A stretch of 29,184 bases of DNA from Ignisphaera sp. GTDB taxonomy: Archaea > Thermoproteota > Thermoprotei_A > Sulfolobales > Ignisphaeraceae. A program made the translations under genes and the position numbers. Shown piece after piece: positions 16,740 to 26,049 of this stretch (positions are counted from its first letter, which is position 1; every line of letters begins with the position of its first letter). Where the stretch lies: the NCBI GenBank assembly GCA_038889075.1, contig JAWAHS010000010.1, forward strand, positions 23,068-52,251, given 5' to 3'. The notes under the pieces were generated by a model. That model worked only from the letters and a program-made list of their open reading frames with translations. It did no database searches and was not told the origin of the DNA.

Positions 16740-17084
16740 CTATTTTGCTTCCACCCGGTATGTCGGAACGGTTTCTCCTCTCAATGCCTTGTAGATCATG
16801 TATACTGCAAATACTATGAACAGTACTATAGGTATAGCAAAGAATATTGCAGTGGAATCGGTTGAGAAAGGCGATGAGAAAATCATCAACAGCATTATAA
16901 TAGCTACCACAAGGAGAAGTACACCTCTAATGAATAACATTCGAGGATGAGGTCCTATTACAATGTGTCCTCGAGTTCTTCTATCCTGTAGTTTTAAACT
17001 AAATCCGCAATAGGGACAGTAGGTGAACTCCTTCTCAATTCTCCTACCACAGTTTGGACAGTAGGTGTATTCCATACCATTCAA
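16740..17084 (-). CDS. zinc-ribbon domain membrane protein
   Basis: YCPNCG...YCPYCG followed by two TM helices; GGAGGTG RBS. Confidence 0.85.
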   Translation of the reverse strand: MNGMEYTYCPNCGRRIEKEFTYCPYCGFSLKLQDRRTRGHIVIGPHPRMLFIRGVLLLVVAIIMLLMIFSSPFSTDSTAIFFAIPIVLFIVFAVYMIYKALRGETVPTYRVEAK

Positions 17085-17305
17085 TCCATAGGCACCTCCG
17101 CTGCTACAAAATAGCTATTACCTAGATCAAGTTATATATCTTACCAACATACTACAGTATGGCTATATATAGGCTATTTAGCTGAATGGATCAAAGCCAT
17201 CTTAGCTATCGTCATAAAACGAACAATCCAGGTAGATGCTATAGTGTGCTTGAAGTAGAACAGATTTCCTTTTCTTTGTAGGGTATCCGGTAACTGTATA
17301 TGAGT

Positions 17306-17662
17306 TTAGCTTTCTACAACATCTATACACGGATCCTCATCGCCACCGATACCTACTACGGTTACCGGTCTTACCTCTACTATTGCTTGTATAAGCTTCT
17401 TCCTTCCAGAATCCAAAAGTCTCCATAGAGTACCTCTTGAAATATTCATAGCTTTCGAAGCCTCCTCCTGTGTTCTATTCTCAAGATATACAAGTCGGAG
17501 AGCTTCCACTTCATCAGGGTATAGCGTTATCGGTTCTCTCCAAATTCTATTACCCGTGGAGTCAAGTGGTATGAAGTGTACATTCTTTATACTACCATCG
17601 ATGGTTCTCGGAGTTGGTTTTCTACCCAGCCAACCCCTTCTAAAACACCATCTGTGCTTCAT
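17306..17662 (-). CDS. DUF134 (UPF0251) predicted DNA-binding protein
   Basis: GRKPTPR, EVEALRLVYLE, TQEEASKAMNISRGTLWRLLDSGRKKL (HTH). Confidence 0.92.
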   Translation of the reverse strand: MKHRWCFRRGWLGRKPTPRTIDGSIKNVHFIPLDSTGNRIWREPITLYPDEVEALRLVYLENRTQEEASKAMNISRGTLWRLLDSGRKKLIQAIVEVRPVTVVGIGGDEDPCIDVVES

Positions 17663-17690
17663 AAACGTTCATAGAAAGAGGTGTTGTTTC

Positions 17691-17700
17691 ATTATAAAAA
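17691..17700 (-). promoter_or_regulatory. TATA box of the DUF134 gene (probably leaderless)
   Basis: TTTTTATAAT about 30 bp upstream of the ATG at 17662. Confidence 0.5.
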
Positions 17701-17721
17701 GTTTGTGGTTTTACCTGTGTA

Positions 17722-18057
17722 CTACCCTTTTTTAAGCCTTTCCTCAAGTTCTCTAATTCTCTCCTCAACACTCTTGAGCTCGTCTTGAAGTTCTCTAAGA
17801 TCCCTCTCCAAAGCTTCTCTATAGGTTTTTAGGTACTCCAGCTCCTCTCTGGCATCTCTAGGTGGGTACGGATGGGGCCAGATGGGGATTCTGTATCCGC
17901 TTCTCATTATCTCCAATAACCAGTACCATCCTGGTGTACCTGGTGGTGGAGGTGGTATTGGTGATGCTCCGTATAGATATGCTAGCCACCACCATATGTG
18001 GCGTCTCCGAGGTCCTCCATGCCACCACATCCAGTACATGCACCTTTCACCTATCAT
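17722..18057 (-). CDS. DUF5320-like protein: Trp/Pro-rich N-terminus plus C-terminal coiled coil
   Basis: C-terminal EELEYLKTYREALERDLRELQDELKSVEERIRELEE, adjacent to DUF134 as is typical for this family. Alternative start ATG 18039 with a GGTGA RBS. Confidence 0.75.
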   Translation of the reverse strand: MIGERCMYWMWWHGGPRRRHIWWWLAYLYGASPIPPPPPGTPGWYWLLEIMRSGYRIPIWPHPYPPRDAREELEYLKTYREALERDLRELQDELKSVEERIRELEERLKKG

Positions 18058-18084
18058 AAACTGTGCTTTTGCACAGTTTATAAA
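18056..18084. promoter_or_regulatory. palindromic operator overlapping a TATA box
   Basis: ATAAACTGTGC-TTTT-GCACAGTTTAT (18056-18081), perfect 11-bp arms, overlapping TTTATAAA (18077-18084). Confidence 0.75.
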
Positions 18085-18201
18085 CTTGACTATAGTGACG
18101 TATAGGATATCGTCTGCTCGTATATCTAGTTCAAAAGTCTATTGCTTACATATTATTCTGTTTACCACAGCTAGCTCTAGCTGTATACTAGAGGTATTGC
18201 T

Positions 18202-19347
18202 ATGGGTATCTGTAGGCTTTGTGGTGCTAGGGGTGCTACTATTAGTAGCGTTATAGGTGTCTGTAGCAATTGTTTGAGGAATAGAAAGGAAGGGCTTGGT
18301 GTAGCTATGGAGGTGCATAGAAGATATAGAGCAGCTCTAGGGCTTCCTCCACAGCCTCCAGAGAGTGCTAATGGTATTAGGTGTACCCTATGTGTTAATG
18401 AGTGTAGCATAGGTGTTGGAGAAACCGGCTACTGTGGACTCTGGAGCAACTGTGGAGGTAGGCTCTGTTTTGTAGAGGGGCATAGTATTGGTATACTCTA
18501 TGCATATATAGATCCTCTACCAACAAACTGTGTAGCTACACCAGTATGTCCAGCTGCTACTGGATGTGGATATCCAAAATACAGTGTTTCCAGAGGCCCT
18601 GAATACGGATACTATAATCTTGCCGTATTTTTTGCCGGTTGCAATCTCAATTGCGTCTTCTGCCAGAATTGGGATCACAAAAACATTGTTGTTTCCCCAA
18701 GCCTTAGAGGAAGGTATACGGTTTTCGATGTAGAGCTTATCGATAGAGCTGTGAAAAATGGTAGAGTTACCTGCATATGCTATTTTGGTGGCGACCCAGG
18801 TCCGCATATGGTCTATGCCCTCAAGGTATCGAGAAAAATAGTTGAGGAATCTAAGAGGAGCAGTACTGTAAAGAGGGTTTGCTGGGAAACGAACGGTCTC
18901 GAGAACCCTGGTATAGTGAGGGAAATGGCTAGGGTAAGCCTTGAATCAGGAGGTATCGTAAAAATAGATTGGAAAGCCTATACCCCAGAAGTCTACCAAG
19001 CTCTAACAGGGGTTAATGGATATAGAGCTGTTAATAGGGTAAAGGAGAACATCGCCATAGTTGCCAGCATGTCTAGGGAGAGAATGGAGATTCCACTACT
19101 AACAGTCAGCATCCTCCTTGTACCCGGATACGTCGATGAGATAGAGCTCAGCGGTATGGCTGAGTACATAGCATCCGTAGATAGAGATATACCTGTAGTC
19201 CTTCTAGCATTCCATCCAGACCATCTTCTGAGAGATCTACCACCAACGAGTATAGACCATGCCAAGAAAGCTGTTGGGATATTCAAGGAATACGGTGTAA
19301 GGAAGGTGTTCCTTGGAAATGAGTGGCTTTTAGGTCCATACTACTAG
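18202..19347 (+). CDS. radical SAM protein, PflA/AmmeMemoRadiSam-related (COG1180-like)
   Basis: GCNLNCVFCQN (CxxxCxxC); extra N-terminal Cys motifs (CRLC, CSNC, CTLCVNEC, PTNC...CPA); YFGGDP, WETNG, LLVPGY, LAFHP. Confidence 0.9.
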   Translation: MGICRLCGARGATISSVIGVCSNCLRNRKEGLGVAMEVHRRYRAALGLPPQPPESANGIRCTLCVNECSIGVGETGYCGLWSNCGGRLCFVEGHSIGILYAYIDPLPTNCVATPVCPAATGCGYPKYSVSRGPEYGYYNLAVFFAGCNLNCVFCQNWDHKNIVVSPSLRGRYTVFDVELIDRAVKNGRVTCICYFGGDPGPHMVYALKVSRKIVEESKRSSTVKRVCWETNGLENPGIVREMARVSLESGGIVKIDWKAYTPEVYQALTGVNGYRAVNRVKENIAIVASMSRERMEIPLLTVSILLVPGYVDEIELSGMAEYIASVDRDIPVVLLAFHPDHLLRDLPPTSIDHAKKAVGIFKEYGVRKVFLGNEWLLGPYY

Positions 19348-19380
19348 CTGGGTAGAGATATACAGTTGGTGGCTATTTAC

Positions 19381-19851
19381 ATGGTTCTAGCAGTAGGAGG
19401 CGTCTACGTATTTATATTTAGAGTTGACAGAGATATTCGTACAACCATAGGCTCCCTGGGCAGTGCACACCTTGTACACGGAGTATATGGTTATGTAGGT
19501 TCTGCTAGAGGAGCTGGTGGAGTAAGGGCCAGGGTTCTACACCACATTAGGAAGGAAAAGAGGAGGGTGTGGTGGCATATAGACTACCTAACGACTCTCC
19601 CAGAAACCGTACCTATGTATGTAGTATATGCTAAGACTAGCTGCGATGTTGAATCCCTTCTAGCACATCGAATCGGATTATCACCGTGTTGGAGTGGATG
19701 CACTAGGGGATTCGGCTCATCAGATAAGGATAGCTATACACATCTATACCTCTGTAGCTGTAGCGAGGAGCTGTGTATCGATAGCATAGCTGAAGCATTT
19801 AGTGCTATTGGGCTGGAACCTATAGTTGAGAAAGTAGATGATATTATTTGA
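19381..19851 (+). CDS. GIY-YIG (Uri superfamily) nuclease, DUF123 family
   Basis: GVYVF...GVYGYVGSA, RVLHH, WHIDYL, ESLLA, GFGSSD, THLY. ATG at 19381 follows GGTGG; alternative TTG 19366. Confidence 0.88.
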   Translation: MVLAVGGVYVFIFRVDRDIRTTIGSLGSAHLVHGVYGYVGSARGAGGVRARVLHHIRKEKRRVWWHIDYLTTLPETVPMYVVYAKTSCDVESLLAHRIGLSPCWSGCTRGFGSSDKDSYTHLYLCSCSEELCIDSIAEAFSAIGLEPIVEKVDDII

Positions 19852-19922
19852 GTAGATGGATAGTGCCATCTAGTGAAAAGTAGATAACCTATTTCCAGCT
19901 AGAATAGAACTGGTGGTCTGGT

Positions 19923-20807
19923 TTGGAGAAGAGGCTCATTTCAAGGATAGCGGTATTTACACTGGTATCGTATACATCTGCATTTATCCTAGACTATACA
20001 GCACTTCTAGGACTGTTTACTACAGGATGGGGTGCCACGGCATGGGGATTTTTGAGAATGTGGAGCGTTGCACTATCTGCAGTATTGTGTCTGGCGATAT
20101 ATAGGGAGGGTGTAGCTATACATATTAAACACTTCTTAAAACCGTCTAAGAAAGCCCTTGTAGGTTACCTTACGGCACCGCTCATAGTCTATGGAGCTCT
20201 AGCAATCTATATACTGATTGCCCTACCTCTAAAGCTCTTCGACTTCGGTGTATATGTGAAGATTATTGCCGAAGCTCTTCGCACAACACTACCATCGCTC
20301 TCCGAGGATCAGCTTACAAATCTAGCTACTACAGCTGCATATAGCCAGATTCTAGCAGGATATGTAGCGGCTGTAACAATAAATGCATTTTTTGCCCTCG
20401 GTGAAGAGATTGGCTGGAGGGGATATCTATACCGTATTCTAGGTGCAAGGCCAACTCTATACAATATCATTGTAGTGGGTATTCTCTGGGGATTGTGGCA
20501 CTCACCTGCAATACTGCTCCTAGGATACAACTATTCAGTTAACAGATCCATGGGTGTACTTCTATTCACATTATACACCATCTTTCTATCCTATCCACAT
20601 CTATTGGTAACCACGGCTACCGATAGTATACTTCCCGCTACCACCCTCCACGGTGCTGTAAATGCACTATGGGGTTTAACAATAGTTGCTTCGAATCTAC
20701 CAATAGAGTTGAAGGAGACTCTACTTGGATTGGGAGTTCTAGGAATAGCTGCATGGTCTATCACGTGCATACTGCTATACATAGCGTACAGGTACAGACG
20801 TAAATGA
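19923..20807 (+). CDS. CPBP (CAAX/Abi) family intramembrane glutamic endopeptidase
   Basis: GEEIGWRGYL, LWGLWH, LHGAVN and multiple TM helices. Confidence 0.93.
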   Translation: MEKRLISRIAVFTLVSYTSAFILDYTALLGLFTTGWGATAWGFLRMWSVALSAVLCLAIYREGVAIHIKHFLKPSKKALVGYLTAPLIVYGALAIYILIALPLKLFDFGVYVKIIAEALRTTLPSLSEDQLTNLATTAAYSQILAGYVAAVTINAFFALGEEIGWRGYLYRILGARPTLYNIIVVGILWGLWHSPAILLLGYNYSVNRSMGVLLFTLYTIFLSYPHLLVTTATDSILPATTLHGAVNALWGLTIVASNLPIELKETLLGLGVLGIAAWSITCILLYIAYRYRRK

Positions 20808-20930
20808 AGATGCCATTCATCGTCAACACCACAGATATTTAGAGACAGCGGTATCTACCCTCTACATAGTAAAACGGTTAGACCTCCAGCTGTAGAGATT
20901 TTATTATCCAAATAGCTACATGGTACAGCG

Positions 20931-21998
20931 ATGGTGTTTAGAGTGGACTCTAGAACTTTGAGACGGGCTAGGCTATGGCTTCCAGAGGGAGACCGCGTTA
21001 GGTGTGATGTATGTGAGAGGAGGTGTGTGATTCAATCAGGCAGTAGAGGGATATGTGGAAACTACGTGAATATAGACAATGTGCTCTACCACTTTGGCTA
21101 TGGAAGAATAAGTGCCGTTGAGAGTAGACCTATTGAGATAAAGCCCCTCTTCCACTACTGGCCGAACAGTACAGCATTAACCTTCTCGACATGGGGTTGC
21201 AACTTCTACTGTCCATGGTGTCAAAATCACCACCTGAGCTTTAGAATGCCTAGGGAGGAGGATCCTACCACACCACCTGATGAGCTGCTAAGGAAAGCTA
21301 TTCTAAATGGTGATGAGGGGTTTAGTGCAAGCTTCAATGAACCAACTGTAAACTTCGACTATCTAGTCGATCTAGCTGAGCTTGCTGTAAAGGAAGGTCT
21401 ATACTTTATGATTGTAACCAATGGCTACCTCACTAAAAATGCTCTAGACCTACTCCTACAGCTCAATGTCGATGGATGGAGTATAGATATAAAGGGGTGT
21501 CCAAAGATGAGGAGAGCACTTGTCAATATAGATCACAGTATTGTATATAGAAATGCAAGATACATAGCCGATAGAAATGGTCATGTTGAAATGGTTTACC
21601 TTGTTGTACCAAATACAAACGATTTCGATGAATGTATAGAATGGATAATAGATAGCCACATATCCTACCTAGGCCACAGCACCCCACTACACATAAACAG
21701 ATACTACCCTGCACATAAATGGCATGAACCACCAACACCCATAGAGAGGTTGAGGTGGGTAGCTGAAAGAGCTAGGGGTGAGGGTATTGAGTATATCTAT
21801 ATAGGTAATGTGGGTGATCCACAGCTTGAATCAACAAAATGCCCAAGATGTGGTAAAATTCTGATCTATAGATACAGCTATAGAGTTTGGGAATTCAATC
21901 TAGATAGAGATGGCAATAGATACAGATGCCCAAGATGCAGCTACAGCATACCAATAAAAGGAAGATACATACCGTGGAAAAGCAATACATTGATCTAA
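20931..21998 (+). CDS. AmmeMemoRadiSam-type radical SAM enzyme
   Basis: VRCDVCERRC...GICG, PIEIKPLFHYWP, GCNFYCPWCQN, FNEP, VTNGY, IDIKG, YIYIGNV, TKCPRCG, RCPRC. Confidence 0.88.
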   Translation: MVFRVDSRTLRRARLWLPEGDRVRCDVCERRCVIQSGSRGICGNYVNIDNVLYHFGYGRISAVESRPIEIKPLFHYWPNSTALTFSTWGCNFYCPWCQNHHLSFRMPREEDPTTPPDELLRKAILNGDEGFSASFNEPTVNFDYLVDLAELAVKEGLYFMIVTNGYLTKNALDLLLQLNVDGWSIDIKGCPKMRRALVNIDHSIVYRNARYIADRNGHVEMVYLVVPNTNDFDECIEWIIDSHISYLGHSTPLHINRYYPAHKWHEPPTPIERLRWVAERARGEGIEYIYIGNVGDPQLESTKCPRCGKILIYRYSYRVWEFNLDRDGNRYRCPRCSYSIPIKGRYIPWKSNTLI

Positions 21999-22039
21999 AA
22001 CTCTACCACCATTATTCTCTCTGTTCTTTGTGGCCAGAT

Positions 22040-23128
22040 CTATAGCGGGCAGTAGCTGAGGCTATGGTAGTATGGACAGTGTCCACAGTTCGGCTCACCG
22101 CCTAGACAATCAGCAGTATTTTCTCTAGTTTTTCCACAGTATTCAACAAGGCTACAGGCTAAACAAGATGGAATCCTTTTAAAGTATAGCCTATAGAATA
22201 TCCTCGCATACCTATTCCTCCATATATCGATAAGCCTGTCTTTCCCAATATAGCCTAGCACAACTTTTTTTATGTACCTATTGATTCCCAGTATATTTGG
22301 GGTCCAGCTATATGCATAGTGAATACATGGGGTTACCGCACCATCGCATCTAATAAATAGGGCTCTTTTTGATGCAAAGGGACATGATGCTGTATACTGT
22401 GTTTGAGGAGCTGTAATTCTTAGGCTAAACTCCTTGAATTCTTCTAAAGCTTTTTTAAGCTGTGTAGATAGGTCTTCTATACATTTAGTTGAGCTCAGGC
22501 ATCCAACATCTTGATCGCTATAAGGTATCGCACTGGTAAATACAACCTCGTTTACACCTAGCTCTACAGCTAGTTTGAGGAAGTACTCTACGTCAACAAT
22601 ATTTAGAGATGTTACCGTAAACAATGTTTTTATAACAGGTTTTATCTGTCCCCGCACTTGCTTAATACTTACCAATTTAGAGATGCTCTGTATAATGCTA
22701 CTGAACATTGTTGGCTGGCGAACTATGTTATAGACTCTAGGTGTTGCAGCATCTAGAGATATGTAAATCTCATCAACATACTTGACCAGAGCATCGATAA
22801 GCTCATCAATTCTAGAACCATTTGTATTTATGGCAACCTCTAATCCTAGATCTCTACACATCTTAATCATATACTGTATCTCTGGATGGATAAGTGGTTC
22901 ACCCCAGCCTGAGAAGACAATCCTACCCACATTGTTTTCAATAGCTTCACTCAGTATGTTCTTAAAGAACTTCAAATCCATACTACATGGCTTAAGGTCT
23001 AGAGCAGCCTTTCTAAAACAGTGTATACAATTCATATTGCATAGTGTAGTAATCTCGACTACAAGTTCTCTGGGATGCGATTTCGGGCTCATCATTACGA
23101 TCCAGTCAGGTGTTGAGAACTCACGCAT
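22040..23128 (-). CDS. tungsten-cofactor oxidoreductase radical SAM maturase
   Basis: EITTLCNMNCIHC, FSGWGEP, NTNG, and a Cys-rich SPASM-like C-terminus (CPF, DGAVTPC, PSCLAC, DC...PNCGHC...CPL). Directly downstream of the AOR gene. Confidence 0.88.
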   Translation of the reverse strand: MREFSTPDWIVMMSPKSHPRELVVEITTLCNMNCIHCFRKAALDLKPCSMDLKFFKNILSEAIENNVGRIVFSGWGEPLIHPEIQYMIKMCRDLGLEVAINTNGSRIDELIDALVKYVDEIYISLDAATPRVYNIVRQPTMFSSIIQSISKLVSIKQVRGQIKPVIKTLFTVTSLNIVDVEYFLKLAVELGVNEVVFTSAIPYSDQDVGCLSSTKCIEDLSTQLKKALEEFKEFSLRITAPQTQYTASCPFASKRALFIRCDGAVTPCIHYAYSWTPNILGINRYIKKVVLGYIGKDRLIDIWRNRYARIFYRLYFKRIPSCLACSLVEYCGKTRENTADCLGGEPNCGHCPYYHSLSYCPL

Positions 23129-23242
23129 TGCATTATAGCCTCGACACTCTCCTGCTGCTCGGATCTAGATGTGTAAAGAGGAGGGGGTAGCTGCGAAAAA
23201 TATATAGATTTAGTGTGGTTTGTCTCCTATATTATAGGTAGG

Positions 23243-25138
23243 CTATTGTGGTAGTAGTCCTTCTTTCTCTAGTTTGTCACTCAACCACCTAAGATCCAGC
23301 TCCTCTAGTTTTGATCTTGTTGGTCTTCCTTTAACCCAACCTCTGATAGTGTAGTACTCGGGTAGCATTTCGCCAATCCTAGCTACATAGCCCTTCGCAG
23401 GCCCCTCAGGCATAGGTTCCTCCAGCAACCTCTTTGGCAACGTATCGTATGTCTCTCCATCGCCGAAGGCTAGGACGTTGAATACCCGTTCAGCGTTGTA
23501 TATTCTTTCGCCTACCTTCTTAAGCTCATCTACAGGCATATCCCACCCTGTTACAGTAGAGAGCTGTTCTGACAGCACATCGGCCCAGTATGCAAAGGTC
23601 ACAAACTTACACACTATTAGGCTATCTACTACCGCAAACACATCTTGGAACTCCTTAACCCATGCAGCCTTACCCCTAGTCTCAAATCTATTTAGCAACT
23701 GGGGTACACCTACAACCTCTGGAGCAATCATGTAAGCCCTCAGGTGACAGCCACCCCTGTTACTTGTAGCATAGGCTAGTCCGTGTCCCTGAACTCCACG
23801 TGGATCATAGGCTGGGAGCTCCTGATCTCTAACAACCATAGCGATCTCCGGCAGACCGTACTTTCGAGCAAGTCTAGCAGCACCTTCAGCAAGGTCGTCA
23901 CCTATACCAGAGCGGTAGGCAGTTCTCCACACAAGTTCTACCAGCGTTTCACCATTGCCCCACTCAACTCTTAGCCCTCTCAATCTTTCTGGTGGCACCC
24001 TGCCCTTCTCAACAAGCTCCATTAGAGTTGCTATGGTGGCCCCCATTGATATAGGGTCTATGCCGAGTTCATTACATAGAAAGTTTGCCTTGGCAACAGC
24101 AGCTAGATCGCCTGTACCTGTATCCGCTCCAAGAGCCCAGACAGTCTCGTATTCCGGCCCCCCACCTTCACCTGTAAATGGTGGCTTTGTAATTCTCGTA
24201 TATCTTGCACACTTCATCTCACAGCCCCAGCAAGCTTCTTCTTCAGCCATCTTCCAATCCATAATCTCATCCGCTATTCTCTCACCGCTGATCTTAACAG
24301 CCTCTGGAAATACCCCTGTTCTAAAGTTTCTTGTAGGAAAGATACCGTGTGCATTTATCACATTAACCAAGACGGCCGTGCCGTACTTTGGAAGAGACTG
24401 TGATGTAACAGGAGACTTCTTTATAATATCGAGAGACTTTGCTGCTACCTCTTCAAGTCTCTCCTCGTCAGCTACCTCCGGTCTCATATGCCCTCTAACA
24501 GCTATAGCCTTAAGCTTCTTAGATCCCCATACAGCTCCATGGCCACCTCTACCTGCAGCTCTATTCTTATCATTTAGTATAGCTGCGATTTTAACAAGGT
24601 TTTCACCGGCAGGGCCTATACACGCTACCTTGACCTCCCTAGCCTCATCAGGTCCAAGTACTGGTGAAAGCTCCTCTTTTATAGCATCTGTAGTACTATG
24701 GACATCTTTACCCCAGAGGTGTTTTGCATCCCTAAGCTCAGCCTTTCCATCATATATCCAGAGGTATACAGGCTTCTCAGAGGCACCCTCAATAACAATT
24801 ATATCAAAGCCTGCGAACTTTAGCTCTGGTCCAAACTTACCACCGCTATGGGAATCGTGGATCGTCCCAGTTAGTGGAGACTTTGTTACCGAACACCATC
24901 TACCAGATGAGGGAACCCCTGTAACACCTGTGAGAGGTCCTGTTGCCACAATAGCTTTATTGCTAGGGCTTAGAGGGTTGATTCTAGGATCCACCTCCTT
25001 AAGCATATAGTATACTCCTAGACCTCTACCACCAATCCATCTCCTTAAAACGTCCTCTGGTGGTAGATCCTCTACAAGTATCTTGCCATGGGTTAGATCA
25101 ACTCTTAGAACACGACCCATATACCCTCCTATAGGCAT
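23243..25138 (-). CDS. aor: tungsten-containing aldehyde:ferredoxin oxidoreductase
   Basis: GYMGRVLRVDL, IGGRGLG, KSPLTG, GPAGEN, AAGRGGHGAVWGSKKLKAI, CWGCEMKC, PEYET, YDPRG, RGGCH, IVCKF. ATG at 25138; alternative GTG 25147. Confidence 0.96.
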   Translation of the reverse strand: MPIGGYMGRVLRVDLTHGKILVEDLPPEDVLRRWIGGRGLGVYYMLKEVDPRINPLSPSNKAIVATGPLTGVTGVPSSGRWCSVTKSPLTGTIHDSHSGGKFGPELKFAGFDIIVIEGASEKPVYLWIYDGKAELRDAKHLWGKDVHSTTDAIKEELSPVLGPDEAREVKVACIGPAGENLVKIAAILNDKNRAAGRGGHGAVWGSKKLKAIAVRGHMRPEVADEERLEEVAAKSLDIIKKSPVTSQSLPKYGTAVLVNVINAHGIFPTRNFRTGVFPEAVKISGERIADEIMDWKMAEEEACWGCEMKCARYTRITKPPFTGEGGGPEYETVWALGADTGTGDLAAVAKANFLCNELGIDPISMGATIATLMELVEKGRVPPERLRGLRVEWGNGETLVELVWRTAYRSGIGDDLAEGAARLARKYGLPEIAMVVRDQELPAYDPRGVQGHGLAYATSNRGGCHLRAYMIAPEVVGVPQLLNRFETRGKAAWVKEFQDVFAVVDSLIVCKFVTFAYWADVLSEQLSTVTGWDMPVDELKKVGERIYNAERVFNVLAFGDGETYDTLPKRLLEEPMPEGPAKGYVARIGEMLPEYYTIRGWVKGRPTRSKLEELDLRWLSDKLEKEGLLPQ

Positions 25139-25176
25139 AGGGAGCACCCACTTGTAACAGAACGTGCCTCATGGAA

Positions 25177-25194
25177 TATATAAAGCTTTTCCTC
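25177..25194 (-). promoter_or_regulatory. BRE plus TATA box of aor
   Basis: Minus strand reads GAGGAAAAGC-TTTATATA, about 30-40 bp upstream of the start. Confidence 0.6.
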
Positions 25195-25242
25195 TGCTAC
25201 CTAACGGTAGCTAGTAGATATAGAGGGTACTACTACGATTTG

Positions 25243-25533
25243 TCATCCTCCGCCTGCAGGTGGGAAAATATCTATTGTAGTATCTCCAGAAATCTCTGTA
25301 TCAAAATTATTTAACAGCATAATGTTTATACCGTTAACAAGAATCATATAGCTGCGAGGGCTATTCATAACGGCATTTCTCAGATCCTCAAAGAACTCTA
25401 TAACATCTCTAACCCTAACCCTCTCTTTATCTACCACAAGCTCTCTTCTAGACCAGCCAAGCTTTCTAGCCAAATCCATATAAAGATTGATGTATATATG
25501 CACAGGCACACCTACATATCTCCTATAGATCAC
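25243..25533 (-). CDS. MoaD/ThiS/SAMP ubiquitin-like sulfur carrier
   Basis: ILVNG and C-terminal IDIFPPAGGG; start uncertain (possibly the internal GTG). Confidence 0.88.
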   Translation of the reverse strand: MIYRRYVGVPVHIYINLYMDLARKLGWSRRELVVDKERVRVRDVIEFFEDLRNAVMNSPRSYMILVNGINIMLLNNFDTEISGDTTIDIFPPAGGG

Positions 25534-26049
25534 AGAATTTTAAACTATGGTGACATACTGTATCCTCTCTAACAAGGTAGCACCACTGCTGGTCATATTA
25601 GAAGATAATAGCTACACCTAATTATTCGCTAAACATATCCACTGCTCCAACATCTACAACGATGCACTTATTTGGATCCTTATCTTATAGAGCTCTAAGC
25701 CTTGTTTCACAATGTATGGGGAGAAGCGATACTAGATGGGTTGATCGCATTGCTTAGAAGTCTTTTCTTCTAACTAATAATCTAGTACGGTACTACATGA
25801 TGTATGATTCGATGGTTAAAACATAGAAAACATCAGGTGAAAAATAGTACTGCTATGCATAATGTTTTTGCTAGTTCCATAGATTTATCTAAATGCGGAT
25901 ATAGATGTGGCCGGTAGAGGATTATATTTACCAGAGAGGGTGTGTATGTAATGAACGTAGACCATACGGTTTGATATATGTGTACTCCAAAGATTTCCAA
26001 CGTATATACGTGTATTAGGGATGTGTTGAAGAGATGAGCTATTTGTTGT

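Noticed and set aside
17858-18410. Several overlapping short ORFs (17858-18043, 17862-18059, 17882-18256, 18177-18410)
   Set aside because: They overlap the better-supported DUF5320-like and radical SAM genes in alternative frames or strands.
19381-19851. GIY-YIG gene as a homing endonuclease or mobile element
   Set aside because: It matches the short housekeeping DUF123 type; no intron, intein, terminal repeats or target-site duplication were seen.
23955-25010. 351-aa ORF on the plus strand
   Set aside because: It lies entirely antisense to the well-supported AOR gene, is Ser/Pro-rich and has no recognisable motifs; a shadow ORF.
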